A stretch of 64,000 bases of DNA from Octopus sinensis (Eukaryota): NCBI RefSeq assembly GCF_006345805.1, contig NC_043024.1, forward strand, positions 4,836,001 to 4,900,000, read 5' to 3'. The translations under genes were made by a program, and so were the position numbers. Positions 12,966-26,416 of the stretch are shown here, piece by piece. The notes under the pieces were generated by a model. That model did not search any database. It saw only the letters and a list, made by a program, of their open reading frames with translations, and was not told where the DNA came from. The stretch's first letter is position 1. The number at the start of each line of letters is the position of its first letter.

Positions 12966-14895
12966 GGTTAATATAGGGCGTAACAAATATCAGAAAATCA
13001 AAAAAAAAAATGTGTGTAATAGGTGTAAAACAACTTCCTATGAACGAATATGAAAAAAAAATTTCGCGCACGCGAAAGGGGGGTGGGGGAGAGGCCTCGG
13101 AAAATTCACATCGGGAAGTTCCGAAAGCGTCTGAGGAGCTGACCCGGGCACCAAAACAAAAAAAAAATAGTGTAATATGTGTAAAACAACTTGCTCTAAA
13201 CGAATATGACAAAAAAAAAATGCGCTCTCGCGAAAGAGGGGTGGGGGAGAGGCCTCGGAATATTTATATCGGGAATTTCCGAAAGCGTCTGAACCGGGCA
13301 CAAAAACAAAAACAAAAACAGCGTAATAGGTGTAAAACAACTTGCTCTAAACGACTATCATGAAAAAAATGCGCGCTCGCGAAAGGGGGGTGGGGGAGAG
13401 GCTTCGGAAATTTCACATCTTCAGTCCACGGCCTTTAAACTAAGAAAAAATAGTGTAATTGGTGTAAAACTACTTGTTCTAAACGAGTATCAAGAACACA
13501 CACTCACACATGAATCATAAACTCCGTATTTCGCAAAAAAAAATAATAAAGAGAAGAAATTCTGGAAAAAGTGAAGAAATGTTGGATCTCATTCCTTGGT
13601 TAAAGCTATTTTAAACATTAAATTTATGCTTTTCTTTGAAATAGTTCAGATATATGCAATTCTTCTCACTTATTAAGATGCATTTATCAGAAAAAAAGAG
13701 ACAGAAAAAATTATTATTTTGTGTCAATCCTTCCCTAATTATCCTTTATTAATTAGTTTTGGCGTGTATTTTTTTCCAAATTTATTTTTTCACCTTTACA
13801 ACACTGTTTAGTAAAGCAATTAATTATCTTTATAATTTGCATATTTGACTTATTAATCAAAATTCTCTAGATGTAATATATACTAAGTAATGCATCCTTC
13901 ATTTATGTGTTCCGTTCTGTATTATGCATGCGTGACTGTTTGTATGTAAGTGTGTTTAACTGTGCACATGAATGTGAATATTAAAGAACATATTTATTTA
14001 CTATGATTGTTATTTTCAGAACAAATAAATCTTTTGGCTGTTATGTTATTGATGTTATTATTATTGCTAGTTAAAGGGTGGTGACTTGGCTGAATATTTT
14101 GAGTCTTGTAGTATGTAGTTGTGTTAGTCAATATTCTGAGTTCAAATCCAACTCATTTCTTTATCATCATTATCGATGGACCACTCAAAGAGGTATGTAT
14201 ACATTATCATTTTCGTAACATAATTTCTGTAGTATTTCAAGATGTTTCTGACACGTATTTTGATTCACATGGCGGAGATCCAACATTTCTTCACTTTTTC
14301 CAGAATTTCTTCTCTTTATTATTTTTTTTTGCGAAATACGGAGTTTATGATTCATGTGTGAGTGTGTTCTTGATACTCGTTTAGAACAAGTAGTTTTACA
14401 CCAATTACACTATTTTTTCTTAGTTTAAAGGCCGTGGACTGAAGATGTGAAATTTCCGATGCCTCTCCCCCACCCCCCTTTCGCGAGCGCGCATTTTTTT
14501 CATGATAGTCGTTTAGAGCAAGTTGTTTTACACCTATTACGCTGTTTTTGTTTTTGTTTTTGTGCCCGGTTCAGACGCTTTCGGAAATTCCCGATATAAA
14601 TATTCCGAGGCCTCTCCCCCACCCCTCTTTCGCGAGAGCGCATTTTTTTTTGTCATATTCGTTTAGAGCAAGTTGTTTTACACATATTACACTATTTTTT
14701 TTTTGTTTTGGTGCCCGGGTCAGCTCCTCAGACGCTTTCGGAACTTCCCGATGTGAATTTTCCGATGCCTCTCCCCCACCCCCCTTTCGCGTGCGCGAAA
14801 TTTTTTTTCCATATTCGTTCATAGGAAGTTGTTTTACACCTATTACACACATTTTTTTTTTGATTTTCTGATATTTGTTACGCCCTATATTAACC
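12966..14895. mobile_element. Non-autonomous foldback-like DNA transposon (1930 bp) with ~620-bp TIRs and 8-bp TSD GCTTTTCG
   Basis: TIRs at 12966-13590 and 14275-14895 begin GGTTAATATAGGGCGTAAC and contain about three ~150-bp subrepeats. TSD at 12958-12965 and 14896-14903. A single CGAAAAGC occurs at the empty paralogs (about 55072 and 63342). Confidence 0.92.
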
Positions 14896-14903
14896 GCTTT
14901 TCG

Positions 14904-15720
14904 TTTCAGTATTTCAAGTGCACACTCGTATTTTTATACATTCCCCATTTCTTACTAATTACATCGTAATTTTCCCGCATTTAACGAAATCGTCGAATTT
15001 ACACGTTAGAAAGAAAGATAAATGTTATCTAAACAAGGGATTGATCCGACGTTTTTACAAATAATTTTGAAAATAACCAAAAGTGCAATGAAATGTCTAA
15101 AAGAAAACGACAACACAATGAAAGTATTAAAATTACAGCCTTTCGTATAATTTCGTCTTAGTGAGATTTTTTTTCCTTTTAACTTTCTCAACACATCGAA
15201 ACAAATAAATGTACATAATACGACACATATATAATAGAAATGTTTAAATAAATACTTACATAGTAATAGATATGGAGAGAAAGAGTGAAGGAGGAAGATG
15301 TGAGAACTGGAGTCAGAGTGGACAACGACAGCTTCAAGAGAATTTCTAGGTTTCTACAACAAACGTTAATTAATATTTTTCAGGTCCACATAATCGTAAA
15401 TGCTGTATCTGTTTGTTTAGACAGTTAATTACCAATCATTTGTATATATTTGATTGGATTTTCTCTTAAATATCAGTTGTCAAGTGGAAGTGATCAAACA
15501 ATCAAGGTGCGTGAGAAACAAGAACAAGAAATACAATTAATGAGGAAGAGTTTTTACAATGAACAAAGGGAACTAACTCCAGTCTTCAAAGAATTGCGGC
15601 TTTACTTTAATAGATTTTGGATTTTGTGAAAGATTTCTTCAATATTCGGCTTCGTCACTGTTATTGTTATTATCATCAACCCTTTTCCGATCTTTTCCGT
15701 TTTGCGGCTATGTGTGGAAA
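14904..15720 (-). promoter_or_regulatory. ZNF promoter/non-coding exon block for ZNF-1, with empty LINE target
   Basis: CCAAT pair at 15432-15457, donor GTAAGT starting at 15259, target GGAGTTAGTTCCCTTTG at 15564-15580. The intron (6151 nt) minus the two insertions is about 1660 nt, matching 1652 nt in ZNF-5. Confidence 0.65.
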
Positions 15721-15816
15721 TGTTCGAGTGTAGTGAAAATTTCAGTATTTCAGGAATCTTATAATTTTCCAGCTGAATTCCACGAGTTCGCTTTGATGCT
15801 GCTGTGTAAGATTCAG

Positions 15817-15861
15817 TGCACATGCGCAGAATGAGATTACTTCCGGTTGGCCACCGGAAGT
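15817..15861. promoter_or_regulatory. NRF1-like site plus an inverted pair of ETS sites
   Basis: TGCACATGCGCA (15817-15828); ACTTCCGG-TTGGCCA-CCGGAAGT (15839-15861). Confidence 0.4.
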
Positions 15862-15869
15862 CTTCATCT

Positions 15870-18800
15870 GTTTTTTTTTTTTATTACCCACTAGGGGCGA
15901 ACATAAAGGGGACAATACAATCTGATGTGGGGTCAGATACACGAATGGGATTACAAAAAGATGAGGCGATGTTTCGCTTGTCGTAGCACAAGTTTCCGTC
16001 GATTTCCGTAAAAAACTTTTATTTTTTTACATAAGTAATGAGAGCGAAAGAGACTAAGAGGAAGCGATTTTATGACGAGGAAATTTCTCTTTGAAGTCCC
16101 CGTGTGTGTGTTTGATGGGGTGTGGGAGACACAGTATGTTGTGTAAGTGAAGTGCTTCTGTTAGTGTGTGCGAAGAGACAGAGAGAGTAATGTGTGAAAG
16201 AGAGAGATAACTGAAATTTTTTACTCGGTGTATGTGTATATGTATGTCTGCATGTATGTGTGTGTATATGTATCTATGTATGTGTGTGTATGTATGTATG
16301 TATGGCCGATTCAGTGTTTACATTTTTTACGGAAATCGACGGAAACGTGTGCTACGACAAGCGAAACTTCGCCAAAGAGGAATTTAAAAATTTACAAAAA
16401 TGTGAAGAAATCGAATGAAGAACAAACCGGAAGACATTACGGATGGAGTGGGAGCGGATTTAGCTCGGACCCCACGAGCCCCGCCTCCCCACTGATACTT
16501 TGGTTTCGTCTAGTATTACATTTATGTGGTATCATCCACTCGCAACTTTCGTGCTACATCCTTCCATCGTTCTTCATACACTCTCTTAGTCAGGCATTTT
16601 CTCTCCAGCTCTATCTTCCTTTTTAGGTGAAAGATGAAGTAATTCATCAATCCAGGGCCGGAGATGAACTTACCTGACCGTAAACCATTCATCCTAGTCT
16701 TCCAAATTACCTCTTTCGCAATTGCTACTGCAACGAGAAAACAATTCTTACCTTCTTTCGCGAGGAAATCTGGTGGGTCAATTTTTGTAATAGACTCAGT
16801 CGACAGCTGTACTCTTTGTGTGCTTGACAACAGCTGTTCGGCATAAACCCACACCCCTGACACGACCGAACAATGAACAATAGCGTGCGGACGGTTTCCC
16901 TATCCCGCTCGCATCTTGGACATATCGGACTGCCCCGGCCACCGTGCCTTGCGAGTTTATCCCGGTAATTGTCCAGGGTCTTTGGCCCGAATGTACGTTG
17001 GAACAGACTGGCCAGCTGATTATCGTTGAGACCTAGGGCTTCCCCTAAGGTATCTTCACATTCCGCCTCTACCAACCCTCTATAGAAGAATGTGGTGGAA
17101 CCCCCACCGCAGGCGTTGCCCGAACGACGGAATAGCAGGAGAGCCTTGCGACACTCCGTGTTCCCTGTGCCCAGTTTCGATCTACGATTCAGCCAGGTTT
17201 CCCGTCCACCGAAACTAGTGAACTTGGGGAAACATCAGTTTTGCTAGCGAAGACCACACCCGTTCACGATCCAGGTAGAGCCACAGATGTCTTAACCTCA
17301 GCGCATGTCTGCGCATCATCAGCCAAGGCATCCCTAGTCCACCCTTTAACGGTTGTTGACAGCAAGTAGAGCATTTCACAAGTGGTTTCCCGCCCTTCCA
17401 CAAGAAGTAGAAGAGCTGTCTTTCCAACTTGATCAACCACGAATCAGGGCAAGGAACGACGGATAGGCGGTAGGTGATAACCGATGCGATAAACACATTG
17501 GCTACCTCCGCCCTTCCTTTCAGGGATAGCCACCGCCAAGACCAGGTCTTGACTGCCGTAGCCACCCTGCTCGATACCTCGCACCAGTTCTTCTCTATTT
17601 GGAGGTCTGGTCCGAACCAAACCCCTAGCAACTTAATCGGACCCTCTGTCCAACGTCCCACGACGCTGTCAGGCGGCATCGACTTGCCTCTCCAGGTGCC
17701 GAGCTGCAAGCCGACTGACTTTTCACGATTAACCTTTGCTCCTGTCACCGTCTCATAAACCTCTATGGCCTTGCCTACCCTCTGTAGGTGATCCATTTCG
17801 GTTACGATGATGGTGATGTCATCCGCGTAAGCTGACACCGATTTTCCACAACCTGGCTGTCTCGGGATGCCGCTCAGTTTTCGCAGTAGTGGCTCAAGAG
17901 CCACCACGTACAAAAGCGGGGAGAAATTTCTTTATTACAGACACCAGGAAGCGATGGTCGACCCTATCGAATGCTTTAGATTGGTCTAAATGGACCAGTG
18001 CCCCGCCCTTGCCAGAATCACTATTAAACCCCTCTATAGTGTACCGCATAAGATGGAGATTATCCTGAATGGATCTGCCCGGAACGGCACATGTCTGTGC
18101 CCCTCCGATCAGACCATCCGCGACACACGCCAATCTTTTCGATAACACTTTGGCCAAAATCTTCAACTCTGTGTTTAGCAGAGTGATGGGCCTGAAATTA
18201 TCAATGCACTCCCCCTTCTTCGGGTCCTTTCTGACAAGTGTCACTACTCCCCGGCGCACAGATCTGGGTATGAATTCGTTCTGCTGCCAGTTTGCATAGA
18301 CCTCCGTCAGTAGGTGACCGAACAAGTCTGGCATACTCTTATATAACTCATAGGGTAGACCATCCAAACCCGGCGCCTTGCCCACGCCGCAGTCCGCCAT
18401 CGCCTTAAGCACCTCCTCAGGCGTGATTGGCCCCTCACAGCCCTCCGCATCTCGCCCCGATAGGTGCGGCAGCCCGTCGAGGAGGTCCGTAAAGACCCTC
18501 CTGCTATCCAGTCCGCCGCCCCCACCGAAAAGCTGAGCGAAGTGCTCCTGAAAGGCCTCACACATCTCCTCGGGTTCGTTTATCAACTTACCTTGTTGGT
18601 TCGTCAAAGATCGAATTGTGGCATCACTACCACGCTGAGCTTCTACCACTCGGGCCCATCTCACGGCGTTGATTCCTTCACAACCCATTGCGCGGATCCT
18701 AGCCCTGACAATGCAGCCCATGTGTTTGGCCTCGAGGTGCTGGTTTAACACCAGTCTCTTGGCCCTCACCTGATCCGCAGAGCCAGTTTTCAAGGCTTCC

Positions 18801-18879
18801 TCTAATTCCTTAACTAGAGTTAATTCCATCCTAGCCTCTCTAGCCACTAATCCTATGCTATATCTAATAGACTCGAATT
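15870..18879 (-). mobile_element. L1/Tx1-clade LINE family B, 5'-truncated and decayed
   Basis: KAPGLDGLPYELY, FRPITLLNTELKILAKVL, LDQSKAFDRVDH, AYADD and CPRC motifs, homologous to family A ORF2. AATAAA plus an A-tail at about 15870. Confidence 0.9.
15965..16373. mobile_element. MITE (409 bp) in the 3' UTR of LINE family B
   Basis: 51-bp TIRs (15965-16015 and 16323-16373, 2 mismatches), GG..CC termini, flanks AAAGATGA/AAAGAGGA (7 of 8 match). Confidence 0.8.
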
Positions 18880-18883
18880 TGAT

Positions 18884-19183
18884 GATATAAATTTTCCGAG
18901 GCCTCTCCCCCACCCCCCTTTCGTGAGTGCGCGTTTTTTTGTCATATTCGTTTAGAGCAAGTTGTTTTACACATATTACACTATTTTTTTTTTGTTTTGG
19001 TGCCCGGGTCAGCCCCTCAGACGCTTTCGGAAATTCCCGATGTGAGTTTTCCGAGGCTTCTCCCCCACTCCCCATTCGCGTGCGCGCATTTTTTTTTTCA
19101 TATTCGTTCAGAGGAAGTTGTTTTACACCTATTACACACATTTTTTTTTGTTTCTTTCAATGGTGTAACGCTTTAGTTTAACC
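18884..19183. mobile_element. Solo right-TIR fragment of a relative of the foldback element
   Basis: Same ~150-bp subrepeats; ends GTAACGCTTTAGTTTAACC versus GTTACGCCCTATATTAACC. Confidence 0.8.
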
Positions 19184-20291
19184 TTTCAGACGGTATAGAG
19201 TACGATTATATAGAAATTTGTGGGGAAAATCTTTTCCGAGGGGGTGGGGAGAGGACGTCGGATAATTCACAAGATCTGAGTTTTTCCCTCATAACTTTCA
19301 GGAAAATATAATCCTTTTGAAATTACAAATTAGGCTTTTCCTCCGGAATTTCGATGCTAAACATCCCTTTGAAGGGTTCAGGTCTTTACTTCTACCGTGT
19401 TTATATACGAGCTTTGTGCCTTAGAGTAGAAAAGAATGTTGATACTTTACTGACTTTTCTCCATGTTTCATGCTTGACAAAATATTGACATTAAGCTGCC
19501 CGTATCTATGTATTTGTGTATTTAGGAATGTACAGAATGAGGCAGAGGAGGAGTGATGTCTATGTTACCAAACAAAGCTGTGTTAATATGACACATGACT
19601 GAGGTGAAACCATCAGATATCTAGTGTCATTGGCATGTATATTGGTGTGTGTCTAGTACAAACGCAATGTCCAGGAGGTGTTATTACGATAGATATGTCT
19701 GTGATATAAACCTCTTGAAAATAGAGAGATGGGATAATTTTAATACTTCGTATAAAGAATTACTCCTACAATTTATGAAAACAGAAATGTCGTAAATTTG
19801 CACTTTTGAATATCTGCCTTTTAAACATGCTTTATGTCTTATATTATTTTTTCTATTCTTTCAGAAAATCACATGAAATTGGCTAAAAAGTATTTTTTAC
19901 TTTTAAAGAATCATCAATATGTATCATGTTTGAAAGACTCTGCAAAGATATTCTACAAATGTATAATCCTGCTTCTATAAAACATTGCTGAGTTACAGTA
20001 AAATATTTGCTCTGAGAAAGAAAGCATTTCTTTATTTCTGTGTCTGAAATGTGCAAGAGATAATTTTCTCTTTTAAATATACTTTGATAGATTTCCAAAG
20101 AGTACTTGCAACATTTTTAAATATTGGCATTGATCACATTTAGAAGAAATATAAGAGAAGTGATATTTGTTTGGAATAAACTATAAAAGCAAAAAGAAGA
20201 AAAATATCCATATATTTTGGTGAGAGGAGAAATATTTTAGAAAAGTTGTTGATCTGTACAACTGGAAGGATTGATTTTATTTTTCGAAGAG

Positions 20292-20855
20292 ATGTCAGAA
20301 GAATTAGGAAAATCACCATATGACTGTGACATCTGTGAAGAATCATTCTTTGAAGAAAGTAAATTCAATCAACACAAACAAATTCATACAGGGGAACAAC
20401 CATATCCCTGTGATATCCGTGGTAAATCATTCTTAAATGGCAGTCACTTAACTCGGCACAAACGTATTCATACAGGGGAGAAACCATTTCCTTGTGATAT
20501 ATGTGGTAAATCTTTCCCTGAAAACTGTAACTTAACTAAACACAAGCGTATTCATACAGGTGAGAAACCATTTCACTCTGATATCTCTGGTGAATCATTC
20601 TCTCATAGCTTAGCTATTCACAAACAAATCCATACAGGAGACAAAGAATACCACTGTGATATCTGTGGCAAATCATTCAGTCAGGCAGTTTACTTAACCA
20701 GACACAAGCGTATTCATACAGGTGAGCAACCATATCGCTGTGATATCTGTGGTAAATCATTCAGTCAGACAGCTAACTTAACGACACACAAACGTATTCA
20801 TACAGGTGAGCAACCATATCACTGCGATATCTGTGGCAAGTCGTTTTCTAAATAG
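20292..20855 (+). pseudogene. C2H2 ZNF-2, partly decayed (4 intact fingers, 2 degenerate, 1 truncated by TAG)
   Basis: N-terminus nearly identical to ZNF-1; C-to-R and C-to-S losses and an internal deletion. Acceptor at 19864 and uORF at 19873-19980, but no promoter block upstream on this strand. Confidence 0.75.
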
Positions 20856-21802
20856 TACACACATACTTACTCATACTGGGCTAAAACCATATCATTGTGA
20901 TATCTGCAGTAAATCTTTCACACAAAAACCACTTAATTAGACAGAAGTGTATTTGTTATGCAAAGGACCCCATTGTTGTATAACATTCCTTCAGAAGGAC
21001 AAGCTTGTTCCTCAGGAAAATCTCTACACATGATTGAAACCATATTATAAAGACATCCACAGAATATAGAAACTATATGAATGTGACATCTATGGTAAAT
21101 CTTTGACATGAAATCATCCATTATTGAATCAAAATGGATCTAAAACATATCACTGTGATGTTAAACCTGAATCATTCTTTCAAAATGGTGAATTGTTTGT
21201 ACACAGTCCTATTAATATGAAAGATATAACTGTAACCTAAGCTATTCGTGCTAAATCAATCTATGAAAATGATCAATTATTGAAATGTAAATGCATTGAT
21301 ACAGAAGATGAACCACGATGATGATGATCCTCATCATTTAACATTCTCCTATTCATGCTTCTGTGGATGAGATGGAATTCATTGATGGAGATTTTCTACA
21401 TCTGGGTACCTTTGTTGTGACCAATCCTCACCTGTTTCCAATCAAGGAAATATTTTCCCTGGTGAGGCATATTTTACGCAGAGGACTAGAAATGAACAAC
21501 TGCACAAGTATGACGGTCATGATGGCCCTTTACGTACATCACATAATATCTGGACAAGGATACACACACATACAGACACACACACACACATGTATGTTCA
21601 AAGATTTTCTTATAGGAAATCTTTTACATTTTTAAACTAGATCTAAATGTTTGTAATTCCTATTAGGAAATGAAACACATGTAATGCTGAATAAATAATA
21701 TCAAACTCTTCTCCATTGTCCTTATGTGATTTGTAATTACCTTGCAAAAAATATTATCAAAACCTCCCACAAAAATAATACACACACACATACACATATC
21801 TC

Positions 21803-22097
21803 TTTACTCTTTTACTTGTTTCAGTCATTTGATTGTGGTCATGCTGGAGCACTGCCTTTAGTCAAGCAAATCAACCTCAGGACTTTACTTTTAAGCCTAA
21901 TACTTATTCTATCGGTCTCTTTTGCAGAACCGCTAAGTTACGGGGACATAAGCACACCAGCATCAGTTGTCAAGCGATGTTTGGGGGACAATCACAGTCA
22001 CACATACATATATATATGTATATATATATACATATATACAACCCGCTTCGTTTTAGTTTCCATCTACCAAATCCACTCACAAGGCTTTGGTCGGCCT
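21803..22097 (-). mobile_element. SINE, same family as 62057-62438, head truncated
   Basis: Matches the reverse complement of the 62057-62438 body and part of its head. Confidence 0.8.
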
Positions 22098-22140
22098 GAC
22101 ACACAAGCTGGTTATCATATATATATATGTATGTATAGAT

Positions 22141-23250
22141 CAGGCAATGAAGGTTACGGAAACGGTCATAGCCCAACTAATTAGGGAGTCAGTTTACAGG
22201 AGATTCAGTTTGGGTTTGTGCCAGGGAAAAGCACCACTGATGCTATATTTCTGGTAAGACAGCTGCAGGAGAACTACCTAGCAAAAGATGAACCTCTGTA
22301 CCTGGCTTTCATTGACATGGAGAAAGCCTTTGACAGGGTCCCCTGATCCCTTATCTGGTTGTCAATGAGGAAACTAGGGATAGATGAATGGTTAGTGAGA
22401 GCTGTTTAAGCCATGTACAGGGACACTGTCAATAAGGTGAGGGTTGGCAACGAGTACAGTGAAGAATTTCGGGGAGAGGTAGGGGTCCACCAAGGTTCAG
22501 TCTGTATCCCCCTCCTATTTATCAGAGTCTTCCAGGCAAAAACAGAGGAATTCAAGGCAGGATGTCCCTGGGCAAAGTTCAGACTACTCTTACCGCTGCT
22601 GGTGACAAAGGGCCTCTCGCTCAGAGTAAAAGTTAGATGTATGACGTGTACGAACAGCTATGCTACATGGGCCGTGACTGCTGAGGACATGCGTAAGCTC
22701 ACAAGGAATGAAGCCAGTATGATCCGATGGATGTGTAATGTCAGTGTATATACTCGACAGAGTGTAAGTACATTGAGAGAAACGTTGGACCTAAGAAGCA
22801 TCAGATGTAGTGTGCAAGAGTGACAACTGAGCAGGTATGGTCATGTGGCAAGAATGGATGAGGATAGCTGTGTGAAAAAGTGCCACACCCTAGCGGTTGA
22901 GGGAACCTGTGGCAGAGGTAAACCCAGGAAGACCTGGGATGAAGTGGTGAAGCATGACCTTCGAATATTAGGCCTCATCAAGACAATGACTAGTGACCGA
23001 GACTTTTGGAAATATAATGTGCTTGAGAAGACCCGGCAAGCCAAATGAGACCAGAACCTCATGGCCTATGCCAGGGGTGTAACCAGCTCACTTATGCGTA
23101 GCTTTCCTTCGTTGGACACTAAACTCTGCTTGTGAAGACCTGTTGAGGCAGGTGAAATCGAAATCGGTTTTGATGACTGGCATCCGTGCTAGTGGAGCGC
23201 TAAGAGCACCATCCGAGTGTGATCGTTGCCAGAGCAGCCAATCGCTTTCC
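22141..23250 (+). mobile_element. Degraded RTE LINE, same family as 9780-12327, with an internal deletion
   Basis: Collinear with about 10362-11900. About 470 nt are lost at a CCTGGG microhomology near 22567. Confidence 0.85.
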
Positions 23251-23331
23251 ATGACAACATAAAAATTATAATGATGAAGAAGAATAAGGAATATGAGGGG
23301 GGATCTTTTTATTGGCAGTTGCTTTTCAATT

Positions 23332-24150
23332 GGAGTTAGTTCCCCTTGTTCATAGTTAATTCTTCCTAATTTTGTTTCTTCATCCTGTTTCTCACGCACC
23401 TTGATTGTTTGATCAGTTCCACTTTACAACTGATATTTAAGAGAAAATCCAATCAAATATATACAAATGATTGGTAATTAAATGTCTAAAGAAATAGATG
23501 CAGCATTTTTTTATTATGTGGACCAGCAAAATATGAAGTAACGTTCGTTGGAAAAAGGAAGAAATTCTCTTGAAGCTGTCGTTGTCCGCTCTGACTCGTT
23601 GACTCTCTCTTTATATCAATTATTATGTAAGTATTATACAAACATTTCTATTGTATTTAGTATCATATTACGTACATCTGTTTGTTTCCATGTGTTGAAT
23701 AAGTTAAAAGAAAGAATCTCAATAAACAAAGACGAAATTATATGAAAGTAAGGCTGTTCTTTTAATACTTTCATTGTGTTATCCCTTCTCTTTTCGATAT
23801 TTCATCGCACTTGTGTCTACGCCTTCCGGATCGCCGTTATTTCTTAATGTCAGATTAATACCTCGTTTAGATAAAATTCCTCTTTTTGACTTGTAAATTG
23901 GACAATTTAGTTGCGGGAAAATTACGATGTAATTTGTAAGAAAAGATGGGGAATGTATAAAAGTACGATTGTGCACTTGAATTACTGAAACGAAAAGTTA
24001 ATATAGTTTACAGACGAAATGAAAGGTCTTTGAATTGAAACACTAGAAAGTACCTAATTTGACCAAAAATAAATATAAAAATCCGTTTATATAATCTTTT
24101 ACTCGAAAATTAGTAGTGAAGCTATTAAAAAAAAATATCGACACGACATA
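23332..24150 (+). promoter_or_regulatory. ZNF promoter/exon block for ZNF-3, starting exactly at the LINE target
   Basis: Target GGAGTTAGTTCCCCTTG at 23332-23348, CCAAT pair at 23449-23474, donor at 23627, acceptor at 26008. Confidence 0.65.
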
Positions 24151-26416
24151 TAAAATGAAGGCTGATGGCCATTGTTTAAAAACTATCGCCTTGTGAAATT
24201 TTACAAGGTCTCTGGTTGGGGATAAGGAAAAAGTGCGTGATTTAAGGGAGATTTGGCTGTTGTTTCTAGTACGTGCAGGACCACCCTCGTTTTACTTTGA
24301 AATGTCTATTGATGTTTTTCAATATTACGCCCCATTAAAAGTACTTACACTAAAAAGAACAAGAGAAAAATTAAAAGGCGGACCGTCACCATAACCTCAT
24401 TTCGTTTCATTTCGTTTTTTAGCAACCCACATTTTCAGGTAGGGAGATACCGAATGTGTAAAAAAAAATTTGCCTTTCACCTCTCCAAATTCATTTTCAC
24501 TCTTTTCAGAATCTTTTGGGTTTTTTTTTGTAAAATACGTGGAAAAATGCTGAGATTATGTTTCGTTTTGGGATTTGGTTTGCAAGATTCTTTATATGAG
24601 TTCGTGTGTTGAAGCATATTTTAGTGTGTCTGGGGGAGAGTCACTTTCTTTTTGTGCCTTATAATTTAACACACTCACCAGTAAAATTTCCCCTTATTTT
24701 CATTTTCCTAAAATTTTCGTTGCATCTTTTAACTTTTTCATTAGACTTGATTATGATTCTGAAGCAAATTCAATTTTCAAAAATAAAAATAATATCCCCC
24801 TTGCCAAAGCAGGGCATATACAGGGTGTTTTTTAGACCCTTTCCGTTATTACGCATGCGTAGATGTTTTCTATCTGTGCATTAAATCGGCTTTGAAGCAG
24901 CTTCTCCTCATGCTAGAAATAACAGCCAAATCTCCGACAAACACTACATACTTTGTAGGCAATCCTACACAATTGTACCCCATCGACTTCGTGAAATTTG
25001 TGCTCCTTATGAAACTTTATCGCATTAATTATTAAGCATTAATGTTTTGTTTCTCATAAAATGGTGTATTTTTAATTTACATTAAATTATTATTTAAGGC
25101 AAACACAACCCGCAAATTGTTGTCAATTTAATGTTCTTGTATTTAATTTCGATTTGCATATGTTCGTCAATTCGCTACGTTCTCTCTAAAGGAAATAAAA
25201 TCAAAAATTTAAATTGGTGGGGATGAAATTATTTTTATTTTATTATTATTATTTTTTTTATTTTTTTGCATATTCGTAATTTCCGACATCTACAACGTAG
25301 GAATACGCGAAATTTTTTTCGATATAATGCATTTTTCAACGAGTGGTTCCAAAACTGCATTAGCCTCGTTTCAGGATCTAGTTTAGCGCCCCAGTCACCA
25401 AAATGAGTTTTTAAAAAAAAATCTACCTGGAAAAAACACGGAGATTAAGAATATGGGGGAACAAAAACAAATTTTAATTTAAAATGGAAAACTCCAAACT
25501 TCATCACCCTCTCTTCCTCGCCACCCCATCCTTGTTTTGTCCGTTTCTGAAGGCGTAGATTTATAGTGAAACAGCAAAAGGATCACGGAATGTGAAGCCC
25601 TCATCACGAAACTCGATATACATCAGAAATTCCCCAAGAAAGAGTTTGACGGTGCTAATCAGACATCAAGTATTCGTTCTTTACTGAATTTTCTTCATGT
25701 TTAATGTTCCACAAAATATTGACAGTAAACTTCCCATATCCAAACCTGTGTTGATGTGATAGAAGACTGAAATGAAAACATCAGATGTCTAGCATCACTA
25801 ACATGTATATTGTTGTGTGTGTGTGTCTGGGAGTTGTTATTATAATACATGTGTCCACTCTATGATAGAAACTTCTTAAAAATGATGAGATTGGATAAGT
25901 TTAATACTTCTACAATTTAGCAAAATAGAAGTGTTATAAATTTGCACTTTTGAATATCTACCTTTTAAACATGCTTGATGTCTTATATTATTTCTTCTAT
26001 TCTTTCAGAAAATCCCATGAAATTGGCTAAAAAGTATTTTTTACTTTTAAAGAATCATCAATATGTATCATGTTTGAAAGACTCTGCAAAGATATTCTAC
26101 AAACATATAATCCTGCTTCTAGAAAACATTGCTGAATTACAGTAAAATATTTCCTCTGAGAGAGAAAGCATTTCTTTACTTCTGTGTCTGAAATGTGCAA
26201 GAGGTAATTTTCTCTTTTAAATATACTTTGATAGATTTCCAAAGACTATTTGCAACATTTTTAAATATTGGCAATGATCACATTTTGAAGAAATATAAGA
26301 GAAGTGATATTTGTTTGGAATAAAGTATAAAAGCAAAAAGTGATGAGAGGAGAAATATTTTTGAAAGGCTATTGATAGGTAAAACATAAAGGATTGATTT
26401 TATTTTTCCTGAAAAG

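Noticed and set aside
17894-19141. 415-aa ORF fusing foldback TIR sequence to LINE-B RT
   Set aside because: The N-terminus is translated TIR repeat (same text at 13010 and 14571) and the RT is frameshifted midway; a chance fusion.
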